From: Malacoraja senta
Taxonomy: Eukaryota
Reading direction: 5' to 3'
Length of the DNA stretch: 64,000 nt
NCBI GenBank assembly: GCA_038087875.1
Contig: CM075986.1
Span: 15,996,001 to 16,060,000, forward strand
Shown here: piece by piece, positions 1 through 12,769 of the stretch
Layout of the letters: each line of letters starts with the position of its first letter
Numbering within the stretch: position 1 is the first letter of the stretch
Translations under genes and position numbers: made by a program
Notes under the pieces: model-generated
What the model was told of the DNA's origin: nothing
Databases searched by the model: none
What the model saw: only the letters and a program-made list of their open reading frames with translations

Positions 1-28
1 AACATTTACCAGTAATCCCAAAATACAC

Positions 29-184
29 AAAATGCCGGAGTAACTCAGCGGGACAGGCAGCATCTCTGGGGAGAAGGAATGGGTGACCCCACCATCCGCC
101 CAGCACCAGACCTCACAGGGTCACCCATTCATTCTCTCCAGAGATGCTGCCTGTTACGCTGAGTTACGCCAGCATTTTGTGTCC
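29..184. mobile_element. Penelope-derived fold-back element (inverted arms, ribozyme core absent)
   Basis: Inverted arms at ~24-89 and ~118-183. Flanked by a 14-bp direct repeat ATCCCAAAATACAC at 15-28 and 185-198. Confidence 0.75.
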
Positions 185-2339
185 ATCCCAAAATACACGT
201 TAACATTTCCAGTGGCCTAGCATCTTTCCCATTCAAGTATTTTTGGACTTGGCTACAGACTGTGTTAGTGCTAGAAGCGTTAGTGAGCTCTTTGGAGGAT
301 TATCTGTGAATTCAAGATGAGGCTTACCGAGACGTGTCACCTAACTGAAGAATTGATTTGTCAACCTGCTCCTTAGCTTCAGCCATTAACTCTGCAGCTG
401 ACATAATCCTGCATCTGAACACCACATGGAGGCCAAAACTTAAACTGCAATATCAGATATTTGCCCCTCGACTGATGAGAATGTAGTGAATAAGTGTTTT
501 GGAATCCATCCTATGGTACTGCATTCTAGGACAAGCCTCCACAATTGGTTTTAAATGTGGTTTTAAAAGGAGCTTAAACAGTCACTCAGGAGTATTTAGT
601 ATGCAAAGGATAATGCCAAGCCAATGAGTTTAATACATAATTCCTATAAAGTGGTTAAATGATACATTTTAGTAGAATATTTTAAATCTGCTTTTTGAAA
701 TGTTAAAATGTTGTACTTTAAATGACATGTCTTCTGACCCCTTTCATCTGAGTAATTCTCTCCTAAACTATATTGCCTTGACATTTTCTTTCTCACACCA
801 CACACTCCCACCTTATGCCATGTCAAAGTTCCAGATTTCTATTGTTTATATTAATAGGTGCTTCCTGATATCACTTCAAAATTGCCCAATACTCCCTGAA
901 GCCTGAATTTTGCACATGTTGCTCATGCAATGGTCCTGGTTTTTTATAAAATCAGCAAGAAACTGTTTAACCAAATGCTTAAATATATATTAACCCTGTC
1001 TTCCAGACCAGCCATAATATGGGATTCAGGTGGTATGATGCCAAGCATCAGCCTCTACATTAGAGCAATGAACCAGTTTAATCTTAAGCACCATTGATCG
1101 GTTATGCAATTTAAACTACATGTGCAAGGTATTGTGGTTTTAAAAGGAGCTTAGACAGTCACTCAGGGGTATTAGTATGCAAAGGATAGTACCATATCAA
1201 TGAGTTTGGTATAGTCTCTGTAAAGTGGCTAAATTTGGCCAACAGTAAGACTCAAAAAATAGTCATGAGCCAGACGCTACTGGCTGGCCTTGTGTGCTGG
1301 TACCCACTCTTGAATAGCCCAAGTGGGTTCAGGTTGGGCCTTCAGTGGGTTAGTTCATCTCAAACCCTCGATCGTGGGTTTGTGTGCACAAAGATCCTGG
1401 GAAGGGGGTCAAAAGAGTTGCATCCCAGCAGTGTTAACATGCCCAAGATAGAAGAGGGGGAAATGGGTAGAAAAGTAGTTACATATTCACTTGTATATTG
1501 GACTAGAGCCTGTAAAATTAAATATGATGTTAATGTTACAAAGTAAATTTCCACTTGTACATTTGAGGCGAAAGGAACTTTCCTAAGGATATGAATCCAG
1601 TCCTTGGAATTTACAGCCGCAGGGTACAGCCGTGACTAATCTCTGATCTGGGTGTAAAGCCTAAGCCCTTTGCCACTTTACACTAAAATTGCTTCTCCTG
1701 GTATTTCATGCATTGTATCTGGCATTTTAAATCAATGCTGCAGAGTCACACACGTTTGAAAGAGGGGAGGGTGCAAGCAGAATCTTTATGTTCTTGAGTT
1801 TATTTAAGTAAATTGATAATTATTGAATCTATCATGGTATGTGTGTGGTAAGCATGGACTTAATAAAAAAAACTTTTATATTAGAAAAAAAGCCTTGCGT
1901 TATGTAGTTTTTCTTTGGGTTTGAACTAAATGGATTTCCATCACACCCAAATACAGCAGAAGCTAGAAATAAAAGCAAGAAGCCACAGTATCTCGGGCAA
2001 TAATAAAGTGAAATGTATAACATTGCAAGTCAAAAATCTTCCATCACAACATGTCGCCATTGCTTTCATGCAAAAAATTGTTCTCTGAACTTTTTTTTTT
2101 TAAGGAGTTCCCAAGGCACATTGGGAACATAGCTTTAATGTGAATTTTGTGCTGATCAGAATTAAGGTTTTTGAGTAATGACAGATCAAACACGCCCAAC
2201 AATAAATGCATTCATTTTTTTTCTTTCCTCGTGGCATTTCCAACATTTTCTGATTCAACGTCAGTATTCCACAACCTGTAGTGCTTTTGGTTGCAAATAA
2301 TTAAGGATAGGTACACCAAAGAGTAGATATATTGTGCTT

Positions 2340-2965
2340 CAACTTAAAGGGTAGTAACTATAAGGAGTGGTTGCACAAACTTGGACTGTTTTTTCTCCTG
2401 GAGCCTTCAGTGTGGCTGAGGAGAGACCTGATGAAAATACTTATATTATGACAGGGTACACACAAAATGTTGGAGTAACTCAGCGGGACAGGCAGCATCT
2501 CTGGAGGGAAGGAATGGGTAATGTTTTGGGTCGAGGCCCTTCTTCAAAGAAGGGTCTCGACCCGAAACGTCTCCCATTCTTTCTTTCCAGAGATGTTGCC
2601 TGTCCTGCTGAGTTACTCCAGCATTTTGTGTCTACCTTCGATTTAAACCAGCATCTGCAGTTCTTTCCTATACATAGATTATGAGAGGCATGGATAGTCA
2701 TGACCTTTATCCCCAGGTGGAAATGGCAAATACTGGAGGGCACAGCTATAAGGCCAGAGGGAGAAAGTTTGAATGAGATATGTGGGGTGAGGTTTTTTTT
2801 TTTTTTAATCGAGAGTGGCAAGTGGCATATGACTTTTAAAGAGGTGTTTACATAGACAGATGAACAGGTAAGGAATGGAGTGATTAATTTAAATTGGTAT
2901 ATTGTGCAGCACAGCAATGGTGGGCTGAGGGGCCTATTCCTGTGCTGTACTGCTCTATGTTCTAA
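2340..2965 (+). mobile_element. CR1-type LINE 3' fragment interrupted by a Penelope-derived fold-back element (~2459-2672)
   Basis: CR1-like 3' motifs (ggctgaggagagacctgat; gggcctattcctgtgctgtactgctctatgttcta). The inserted inverted arms meet at ...cccttcttca/aagaagggtctcgacccgaaacgtc. Confidence 0.65.
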
Positions 2966-4810
2966 CTTGCCTGTTCTCCATGAGTGATAAGATTACATTT
3001 TCAGCACCAGTTGTTCTGGGTGAATTATTATTGGCGTAAAAAGAGTTCAAAGGTTCTCCAAAAGACAGTTTGTGCTGACTGCTTATTTGGAACTAGATTG
3101 GATTTGAGAAAATGTATCCTGTGGCCCAACGCTTGTTTAGGAAGATTCACTTTGGGGTGCCTGCCAAGGAGTTATATAATGTGTACTGTAATTATGTACA
3201 TTTGAGTTTTGCTCATCTGGTAAATGAATTAGATTAATTGAAATGCATCCAATCTCCATATAATTTCCATTAGTGCACATAATTAAGCTGCTCTAATAGA
3301 TTAGTTCTTTCAGAAATTATGTAATTGGGCAACAGTAGCGAAAATTAATGTACTGAACTTGCAAATTGAAACCTTGGACTGATTTCAGAAAAGGAAATCC
3401 AAATCACCATGACAGCTGGGCGACTTCAATAGTTACATTATGGAATGAAAAGTTAGTATCAGTGACTGTGACTCTTTCACGATTCAGATCTACCAAAGTA
3501 TATTACTAATCTTCCAATTGTCTACATATGTAGGGATGGTGCCTGACGACAGGAAAATTGGAAATGGTACACCCATTTGCTTCAAAAAAAATTGAAACAA
3601 AAAAAGCTGAACTCCAGATCAGTCACTTTATGTCTGATAGGGGGCATACCAGTAATAATCAGAGGCAGAAATAGCCGTCAAATTAATACGTGTGGATTGA
3701 TTAGAGAAAACCAACAATGGATTTTTTTTTTAAGGCAGACGGACATTTGCCTAACTTGATAATTTTTCTTTTGATCAAGTAACAGAGCCCATGATGAAAA
3801 TATTTTAAGGTATAGGAAACTGGCTTAAGAAATGGGAAACAATGATAGGAGTGAAGTGTACACTTGAGTTCCCCAGGGATTGGTAGTTGTGTATTGTCTC
3901 TTCTAGTATATCTAAATTATATATCTTGATGCATTGTGGAGGAAGTGAATGTTTAGGGTAATAGATGGGGTACTGATCAGTGGGGCTGTTTTATCCTGGT
4001 TGGTGAGGAGTTTTATGAGTTGCTTGCACTGCACTCATTCAGGGAAGTGGAGAGCATCCCATTATGTCACTTTTATCTGTCTTTATGAAAGGCTTTGATG
4101 CCCAAAAAATATAGGAATCTGCCACAGAATGCCCAACCACTGATCTGATTTTATGGCCACGGTATTTATGTGGCTATCCAGTTGAGTGTCTGGTCAATGA
4201 TGACCCCAGGATATTGATAGTGGGAAACTTGGTGATAATAATGCCATTGGTTGTTAAAGGTTAAATTCTCGTTGGGATGGTCATCGTCTGGCATTTTTGT
4301 CGGTGTGAACGTTACTTGCCACTGATCACCACATGACTGAACGCTATTGAGGTCTTGCAACATTCAGTCTTGGACTGCTTCATTCGCTAAGGAAATGTAA
4401 GTGGAACTGAAAACTTATGCAATCATTGACAAACATATCCATTTCTGACTATGATGGAACAAAGGTCGTTGAAGTAGCTAAAGATGCTGTGAACACGGCT
4501 CTGCCTTGAAGAACTTCTGCATTGATGTCTTGGTCCCACTATAACCATCTTGCTTTGTACAAGGTATGACCCCAGTGGAGTGTGTTCCTTGTGATTATTA
4601 TTTGTCATAACAAGATCCCTTGCTACCAAGAACAGTCACTCAACCTTGGAATTCAAACTTTTGGTCCTCGTTTGGATAAAACCTCCGAGGGGGGCTGGAT
4701 CACAGTGTTGCTGACACGGGCTCGTTGGGCCGAATGGTCAAATTCTGTTTCCATTCTGGTTTATACCTCCCTCTGCCCGTCTCCCTCACAGCTCCCAGTC
4801 CTCTGTCCCA

Positions 4811-5345
4811 CTGTGTGGGAAGGAACTGCAGATGCTGGTTCAAACCGAAAATACACACAAAATGCTGGAGTAACTCAGCGGGTCAGGAAGCATATCTGGG
4901 GAGAAGGTATGGGTGACGTTTCGGGTCGGGACCCTTCTTCAGACTGAGTTACTCCAACGCTTTATTTTTTATTTTTTAGCATTTCCTTGTTTCTACAAGA
5001 GTCCATGAGTCCGCATCGTAAAGATAATTCAAGAGATGCTGGAGAGCAGAGGTCGTTGGAAACAGCAGGTTAGGTACGATCTGTGGAGAAAGAAACATTC
5101 AAGTTGAATGACATTTCCACTGAAAGGTTTTGTGCGGAAAACAGAAACATCACTCATTCCTTCTGTCCAGAGATACTGCCTGTCCCGCTGAGTTACTCCA
5201 GCATTTTGTGTCTATCTTCGATTTAAAACCAGCATCTGCGGTTCCTTGGTACACAAAAATGCTGGAGAAACTCAGCGGGTGCAGCAGCATCTATGGAGCG
5301 AAGGAAATAGGCAACGTTTCGGGCCGAAACCCTTCTTCAGACTGG
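4811..5345 (-). mobile_element. Cluster of Penelope-derived short elements with two hammerhead-like cores (4915-4942, 5313-5340)
   Basis: The minus strand reads CTGAAGAAGGGTCCCGACCCGAAACGTC and CTGAAGAAGGGTTTCGGCCCGAAACGTT. Confidence 0.7.
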
Positions 5346-5574
5346 AGTTCCTTCCCACGCATCCCAAGATGTTTCACAGGAGTGACAGTAGACACAGTTT
5401 GATGGAGAATCACTCAAGGGTGTGTGGCCAAAAGATAACCCAAAGAAGTTTTAAGGTTGTCTTCAGAGACGAGATGGGGAGAAGTGAGATTGGGAAGGAA
5501 ACTCCGCTACTTACTTGCAGTTGGCAGCAAAGATACTAGTTGGTTTGGTTGGCAGTCCCACTGTGTCAGGCTGG

Positions 5575-5900
5575 GCTACTGTCGCGCATGCGAGCTTGCT
5601 CCCCTGCCGGTACCGCTCCAGTGCGCATGCACTTGCCACGGCCGGCGCCGCTCCAGTGCGCATGCGCATGCCACGGCCGGCACCCGACGGGGATCGCTCG
5701 TCCACCGGATGTCTGTGGGGCCGGTGAGTGAGGGGAGAGGAGCGGCCGGGCCTGGGGCCTGGGGCCTAGTCATGGCGGGAGCGCAGTGCAGCGCGTTACC
5801 TGGGTCTTGCCCAAAGATACAAGAGGACGCGTATCTTTGGTCTTGCCCCTCTTCGTTGCGACGGGCAAGATTGGTGCTGAAGTGGAACTCTCGGCTCTGG
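5575..5900 (+). promoter_or_regulatory. TACO1: CpG-island promoter of TACO1 with NRF1 motifs; putative non-coding exon 1 ending at 5723
   Basis: CpG-dense stretch. Perfect NRF1 palindrome TGCGCATGCGCA at 5657-5668, near-matches at 5583-5594 and 5622-5633. Strong donor CCG|GTGAGT at 5723/5724. Confidence 0.75.
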
Positions 5901-6059
5901 GGATCTTAGGAAGCAGCAGGATGTCGTTTGTGCAAAATAGAACATGATCTGGACGGGACTGAAATGTTGACACGCTGATCATTAAGGTTTTGCAGCCAAC
6001 ACAGAAATTGTCGGAGTTGTGGATAGTGAGGGAGGTCGTCAAAGGATTCAACAAGTAAG

Positions 6060-6490
6060 GGCATAGAGTTATCTAGCACTGACACAGGCCCTTCAGCCCA
6101 ACTTATCTATGCTGACCATTATGTCTACCTGGGCTGGTCACATTTGCCTTCATTTAGCTCATATCCCCATAACCTTTATGCGTGTACAAATGTCCTTTAG
6201 ACATTGTAATTTGTACCTTTCTCTGGCAACTCCTCTACCCGGAGAAAAAGACTGACTTTTCATATTGTCTCCGCCCCTATGGTTGTGTAAACCGCCATAA
6301 GATCACATCCTCAACCTCCAACACACCAGGAAAATAAGTCCCAGACTATCCATTCTCTCTATAATTCAAGCCCTCCGGTCCTGGTAACATTCTTATGAAC
6401 GTTTTCTGTGCCCTTACCATCTCAATGACATAATTTCCTATTGTTGAGCAATCAGAACTGCATGCAAAACTCCAAGATCAGTCTCACGCT
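6060..6490 (-). mobile_element. CR1-type LINE 3' fragment
   Basis: Reverse-strand CR1 tail motifs (acaggcccttcagcccaac; tataattcaagccctccggtcctggtaacattcttatgaac; cagaactgcatgcaaaactccaag). Confidence 0.6.
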
Positions 6491-7324
6491 TTAAACACAG
6501 TACTCAATAGATAATATAAACAAACAAAAATAAATCAATATACATCACTATTTCATGTGAATGACAAAAAGGCAAGGCATGTTAAACTTGATTAGACCAT
6601 ATGGACCACAATGAAGAACAAATAAATTGGTAGGGTCAATCATGCAGATGGCAATCAGTACTCAAATTGGTTAGTCAATTTTATTCAATGATATGTACGT
6701 GGCATAACATTAATGTTACAGGTGGGCACAGAGAGATTGGTTCAATAAAAAATTATAAGATACAGATTGAGAGGTTATACCTACCTGAAAAGAATGAGGA
6801 GATGTTGCCCCCTTTATGTAAAAATTAATAGAAAAGCATAAGGGGTGTTCTAATACAAGGTGTTATGAAATAAATTAATAGACTGGATAGACTTCCACTT
6901 CTGGGGATACCAAAGTGTATGAGCGGTACATAAAATGGTTAGTAAAAAATCCAATAATGAATTTGGGATAATTAACTGGTGTGCTGAGATGCAACTTCCT
7001 GAAGGGTGATTAGCACTGATGTATTTCAGGGGAAATACATGAAGGAGGGAGCAAGGAGTAGAAGGCCATGGTGATGGGGTTGAAAGAAGAGGGGCAGGTT
7101 TTGTGGAGCATAAACATTGGGATGAACCAGCTGTGCTGAATAGTTATTTGTTCATTATTCTAGTTTGTCCAGAATAGTAAACTTACTAGAAAAAAAAACA
7201 AATAATTGGAGAGATTCATTCAGCATATCAGGCATGATTTGTGGCTGCTATTTGCTCCTGATCCAGCACCCTTGTGTTCATGTTGTTCATCCTTTTTTGC
7301 AGCACGTCAATCGGATTTGCCACC

Positions 7325-7631
7325 ATGGCTAGAGTTGCCACATTTCGAAGTGTTTGCTTGCGGAATAGAAACTATCTCCTGTCGTCACTGTGGAATTCAG
7401 CCGAGTTGGTGGCAAAGCGCAGAGCTCTCTCACCGGCCTCCATTCCCCTCTGTGCCCAGGCAAGCTGCCAGTACAGTCTCCTAGTGCCCTGTGCTGAGAT
7501 CCACATGTCTGCAGCTAATCATGCAGGACATAACAAGTGGTCAAAGGTGAAACATATCAAAGGGCCAAAAGATACTGCCAAGAGTCAGGTGTTTGCCAAG
7601 CTTTCAATCATGATTCGCTTTGCAGTGAAAG
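7325..7631 (+). CDS. TACO1: TACO1 coding exon 1 (mitochondrial presequence and start of the YebC/PmpR domain)
   Basis: Acceptor ttttttgcag| at 7302 and perfect Kozak gccaccATGg. Arg-rich N-terminus, then the signature [17 protein letters not shown]. Donor AAG|GTAATG, phase 1. Confidence 0.95.
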
Positions 7632-7956
7632 GTAATGTGGAAACAATTCATGAATTTTGCTTTTAGCTGAATATGTGTTTACTTACTTTGCTATAATACA
7701 TTTTATCCACTGGATTCATCTGGTGTTCATCCATCGAATTATAAGAATAACACTAGCAAAAAAATTCTGGATTTCTTATGAATATTTTGCAACATTTCTT
7801 TGAATAAAAATTATGGAAATATTTGATTCTAAGATTTTGTACTTTAAATTTCCATTGCACAGTTTTAACTGCTGCCACAGGTTGAGGAGAGCTACTATGC
7901 TATTTCTATACTGAAGTCCCAGACACGGATACATTTTATTCTAACTCTTTTTGCAG

Positions 7957-8063
7957 AAGGTGGTTCAAATCCTGAGTTTAACTCTCAGCTGGCAAACCTC
8001 ATTGAGCAGTGCCGAACCAAGAACATGCCTAAAGCATCTATTGAAGCTGCAATTAAAGGTGCA
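7957..8063 (+). CDS. TACO1: TACO1 coding exon 2
   Basis: tttttgcag| [36 protein letters not shown] |gtaagt. 107 nt, frame consistent. Confidence 0.95.
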
Positions 8064-8601
8064 GTAAGTATTGCATTGCCATCTTGTAACTAATTCAACT
8101 CCTGCTATATAGAATCTTTACTAAAACGATTTCCTCATTTCTCCTCTAATTCTTCTATCACTTATTTTAAATATAAACCCCTCTGCTTTTTGACTCTTCT
8201 GCTAATGGGAGATTGGTCTCGCCTATTTTCTCAAATTATACCCTCATTATTCCCTACATTTCAATCTCCTCTATCCCAAAGAAAATACAATTTCCAGCTT
8301 AATGAAGTCCTTTCTATAACAGGGCATAAGATCTGTACTCCAAATATGGCCTTACCAACATCTTGTACAGCTATAACATCTTGTGCAGCTGTGTCCCAAG
8401 TCGGGAAAATGTACTCGCTTCTTCCTTGCAGCGTGGTGACCAGAACTAAGTGCGGAACCCTTGCAGTATTAAGAAGAGGGAAGCCGTGCAGTGACATCCT
8501 AAGTCATTGCTGTACGACACACAGCATTGGTAATGGTGTTTCTGATAGTATTTCAGCTTTAGCTGTTTATACTGTTTATATGCATGTTTCCTATTTGTCA
8601 G

Positions 8602-8732
8602 AAATCCAAGGCTTCGATCTACTCACTGTATGAAGCAAGAGGTCCAGGTGGGTCGGCCCTGCTCATTGAAGTCCTCACGGACAACAACAGCCGAACACTA
8701 CAACAGCTAAAGAGCATTCTGAACAAAAATGG
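8602..8732 (+). CDS. TACO1: TACO1 coding exon 3
   Basis: tttgtcag| KSKASIYSLYEARGPGGSALLIEVLTDNNSRTLQQLKSILNKNG |gtaaga. Contains the YExxGPGG YebC motif; 131 nt. Confidence 0.95.
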
Positions 8733-10044
8733 GTAAGAACAAACTGAGGGACAGTTTTTCAGGGTTTGCCTGATGAGGCCTGACGAGGCCCTGACCTGCA
8801 CAGTAATCTGAATGAATGTATAGCAAGGCTGATTTTAATTGTTCTAGAAAGGAAGTTTTCAGTGTAATTTTTCCATCATTTGTCTTGGGACTTTATCTAT
8901 CTGGGGAAATGACATGGCAGCTTGCGTTGGTACGGGTGAGTCATCAGGTTGTAATGCCAGCCCTTTACTTTAAAATGACCAGCCCCTTCTGTTGAATGTC
9001 CAATTGCTTTATGAAGTGGCTTGGATGAGAAGGCTGGACAGAAGACACGCATTTGTGTAGTGTATTTGATACCTTTGGGACATTGTGTGTACTTTGCATT
9101 TCAAAAATAATTTGTTGGTAATGATCATTGTCAAATGGTAAACATTCCTCAGGTGGGATTACAGTGTTTTGAAGTGGGGATTAGGTGCTCATTTAGGTCG
9201 GGTGTGGGTATCATTACTGACATCTGACCATATTATTTCACGTGGGAGAAAAGGTCTTACATTTCATTTGATATTCATGTTGGGCTCCGAGTGACCATAT
9301 ACTGGAGCTCACAATGTCCTGTTGAAATCTATGTTATATCCCAGATGTGGAACCTTCTTTCTCTGCCACAGTTTATTGTAGGGCTGACTGCACTCTATCA
9401 ATAAGGATTTGAGCTCAGTTATGTTTTCTGCATATTTCCCTGGGATTTGTTGAGAATAATTATAGTCCGGTAGCTTGGTTCACATCCAGCACTTGAAGCT
9501 GCTGCTGATAACACCAAAACTCTATGCATCACGATCCAGATCACATCTGTTCCCATCATCATGCCAATTATACTTGACCTCGTATTCTTGTCTCAATTAC
9601 TCACCGATCACATCCGATACTGAACAAAATTACCAATATGCCTACAACTGGGTATAATCCTGAGCCCATCAAACTGGATACTCTATCCATAGTCTGATCA
9701 CACCAAATATAGTTACTACCTGCTGTGCACTCCGAACACTGCATGCCAGACCTCACCTAATGTCTTTCATATCTCTGCACTTCCATGCAGAATAGACTCA
9801 AACTCAGAACTTTGGAGCAGTTAGCTTCTCTTCTTCTCCAAGGCCTCAAATTGGAAAGTGATTTGGAGTCCTGTGTGTGAAAGATTGACCAGATTATTTA
9901 GGGGCTGGTAATTTCAGATGACATTGTTTTAAATGATGTAAATGTACTGGTTTATGGAAACAATACTGTTTCAAATGCCACTTTGATTGAGTGGAATTTC
10001 ATCAGTTTTGTTAAAACACCATTATGATGTCTTGTTAATGGCAG

Positions 10045-10222
10045 GGGAATGATGAGTGATGGAGCACGCCACTCTTTCCAGAAGAAAGGGGTGGTGATGG
10101 TGAATGGCCTGGATAAGGACGGTAAGGATGTTCTGTTGGAACGTGCTCTGGAGCTGGCAATTGACTCTGGAGCTGAAGATGTTAAGCAGATTGAAGATGA
10201 AGAAGATCAAGTCATGCTGAAG
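10045..10222 (+). CDS. TACO1: TACO1 coding exon 4
   Basis: ggcag| GMMSDGARHSFQKKGVVMV...ALELAIDSGAEDVKQIEDEEDQVMLK |gtgaga. 178 nt. Confidence 0.95.
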
Positions 10223-11730
10223 GTGAGAACACATTGGCACTCCTCACAAAAGGACTTCAAGGTCTAATGTGGGCACAGTATGTCTAGTCTCCACCAGCAG
10301 CACTGTAGGAAGGAAATGACGTGCCATCCTTGATGTGTTTAATCAGAACAAAGTTACATAAAGAGCAAAACTTCCCATCAAATATTTGCTAGGTGCAGCA
10401 TTGGTTAATGCTCCTTCCACACTGTTACATCAATATTCCCAGGGCCGGGCCAGCTCAGTTTGGATAGACTGTAATACTTTCTGCACAGTATGTCATTTTA
10501 TTCCGAGTGCAGATACAGCACAGATTAAATGAAATACCATGGATGCAGCGTCTTGACCAGAAATGTTGACCATCTCTATGTCACTACAAATGCTTCTTGA
10601 CTTGCTTGCTCCAGATGAAATATGAAACATCCTCTGCACTAACCTGATGCTTGTTCTCACCTGTATCCAGTGAAGAGCAAAATTAAATGTATACAAGTCA
10701 TCTTGTTGCATTTGTATCATCGTGATTCTTTGTTTCCTTATGAAATTAAGAGTTTAATGCCACCCGAGCCAGAATTGGCAACAATTTTGTGATTCCAATT
10801 CCAAGTACTAAATGGTATCAGCATTAATTTCATGAAAAACAAGTCAGGTTTATCGTCATCAGAGTGTGTCAAACTGCTGTGCAATCAACCAATTATTTCA
10901 GTACTGTGACTTTTTGAAGCAGAAAATAGCAGCCAATTTATACATTCTGATCTAGAGAGTCAATAACATGCTGTCTTTGCTTCAAGGGCAGTGTTTACTG
11001 CTCATCGCTGGCTGCCTGTGAGAAGATGGTAATGAACCATCTTTGTGAGCCATGCTGACTCGCCCTAGGATGCTGATGGTGGGCAATGCCTTTTTTAATA
11101 AACCGGATTTAAATTCCCCAGCACCTCTGGTGGGATTTGGATATATCTCTGGATTAGTGGTCTTGACTTAGACAATAGGTGCAGGAGTAGGCCATTCAAC
11201 ATGATCATGGCTGATCTTGACTTCTTCAAGAACAATCAAAGTTTCAAAAATTCCAAGATTATCTGGATTGATAGATATATTTTGGCCTAGACACTGAAAG
11301 CTACCCTCTGTCTTTAGATACCGTTGTGTCTACCACATTGACATCAACAAGGACAGGGTCACAGGACCTTTAAACAGTGTTTAATAATTCTCTGAAAATC
11401 AGTCCTGGCTCAGAAGAGTTTTATCTATTTTGAAAGCAATTGCAGGGACCCAAGTTCAATGTGAACTGCCTTTGAGCACTACATTTGCCACTGCAGCTGT
11501 CAGATAAATCCTTCAGCACCAAGTGGAAATACGACAATGTGAGAAATATGGTCAAGTGTGGAATGGCTAATTTACCGATACCGCTACATTTTATAAGGTT
11601 CAGAGTTGTACTCGCACGGAACAAAACTAGGGAATACGGGGAAGAATTTTTTGTTGTTGGTTTTTTTTGTGTTAAATAAAACCTGTAAAGCACTCATGCC
11701 ATACATAATGTTTTCTAAATTATTTTTCAG

Positions 11731-11940
11731 TTTGTTTGTGACTTGTCCTCATTGCGGGAGGTACGAGAGAGATTGGATTCATTGGGACTGCTGACCATTT
11801 ATTCCGGACCTGAATTTATCGCCACCACAACGGTTCCACTAGCGGATAGAGATTTGGAAACAGCATTTTGCTTGATTGAACAAATCGATGAGAATCAGGA
11901 CGTTATTAAAGTCTATGATAATATAGACTTGCAAAGTTAA
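11731..11940 (+). CDS. TACO1: TACO1 coding exon 5 (last)
   Basis: tatttttcag| FVCDLSSLREVRERLDSLGL...DENQDVIKVYDNIDLQS*. Spliced CDS totals 933 nt (310 aa). Confidence 0.95.
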   Translation, partial: FVCDLSSLREVRERLDSLGLLTIYSGPEFIATTTVPLADRDLETAFCLIEQIDENQDVIKVYDNIDLQS

Positions 11941-12475
11941 CTGCAAGAAGGAGAGGGTTTTTTTTGTGCATCATGAACAATTACCATGAATATCAAACAC
12001 AGCTGAATACTGAGTTTGTGTGCAGTACACTGTATGTGGATCATTTCAAGGTTTTCTGAGTACTCCCAACAATTTTGCCTCAAAACATAAATATGCTGTG
12101 CAGTAAACTTACAGTTATGACTAATTGTAGAAACTAAACATGCATTTTTATCCATTGGTTTTCGTCCTTTGCTGAAGGCTGTTGGGGTACAGTTCTACCA
12201 GCACCATGTGCTCTGCAGCCCCTCATCCAATTCACTATTCTCTGTACATTGAATGAAGTGCCATGACCCAGCCTATACAGTACTCATAATTAGGCATAGT
12301 TTCTTGTATGTTCATCAGCTAAACATAGGATAGGGCCCGATTCTCCCTGAGGTGGATTGGTCATCTACAGTCCTTGTCTGGCTTGAGAAGGTGCCATGCC
12401 CAAATGGCTGAGTCTTCAGAAGAAGGAGAAAATATGCCATTATTTTAACAAGCTTTTGTGGGATTTTTTGCGTTA

Positions 12476-12589
12476 AATAAACATTTTTTGCGTAAAATAA
12501 ACATCAATGTAATGCATGTCAATCCTAGGATAATATTAGGTGAACCCTGGTGAATGTGGTGCAAATCTTTCTGAAATTCCCCGAATAAA
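12476..12589 (+). terminator. TACO1: Candidate TACO1 polyadenylation signals
   Basis: AATAAA at 12476-12481 and 12496-12501 (a 20-bp tandem duplication) and at 12584-12589, followed by GT/T-rich sequence near 12622. Confidence 0.5.
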
Positions 12590-12769
12590 TAGCAGGACAT
12601 AACAGTAACAAAATACTGCCAGTGTTTGTTTTTATTGACAAGATATTACTTAGTAGGTAGCACTCTATTCCTACCTTCCCCAATGCCACCTCTCTCTTCC
12701 CCACTCCATCTCATCTCCCTGCCAAAATAAGCCATTATTGCCTGCTAACTCTCAAGTTCATAATGATGT

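Noticed and set aside
8769-8795. CTGATGAGGCC...GGCC resembling a hammerhead ribozyme in a TACO1 intron
   Set aside because: No GAAA follows the stem; it is a 10-bp tandem repeat (CCTGA(T/C)GAGG).
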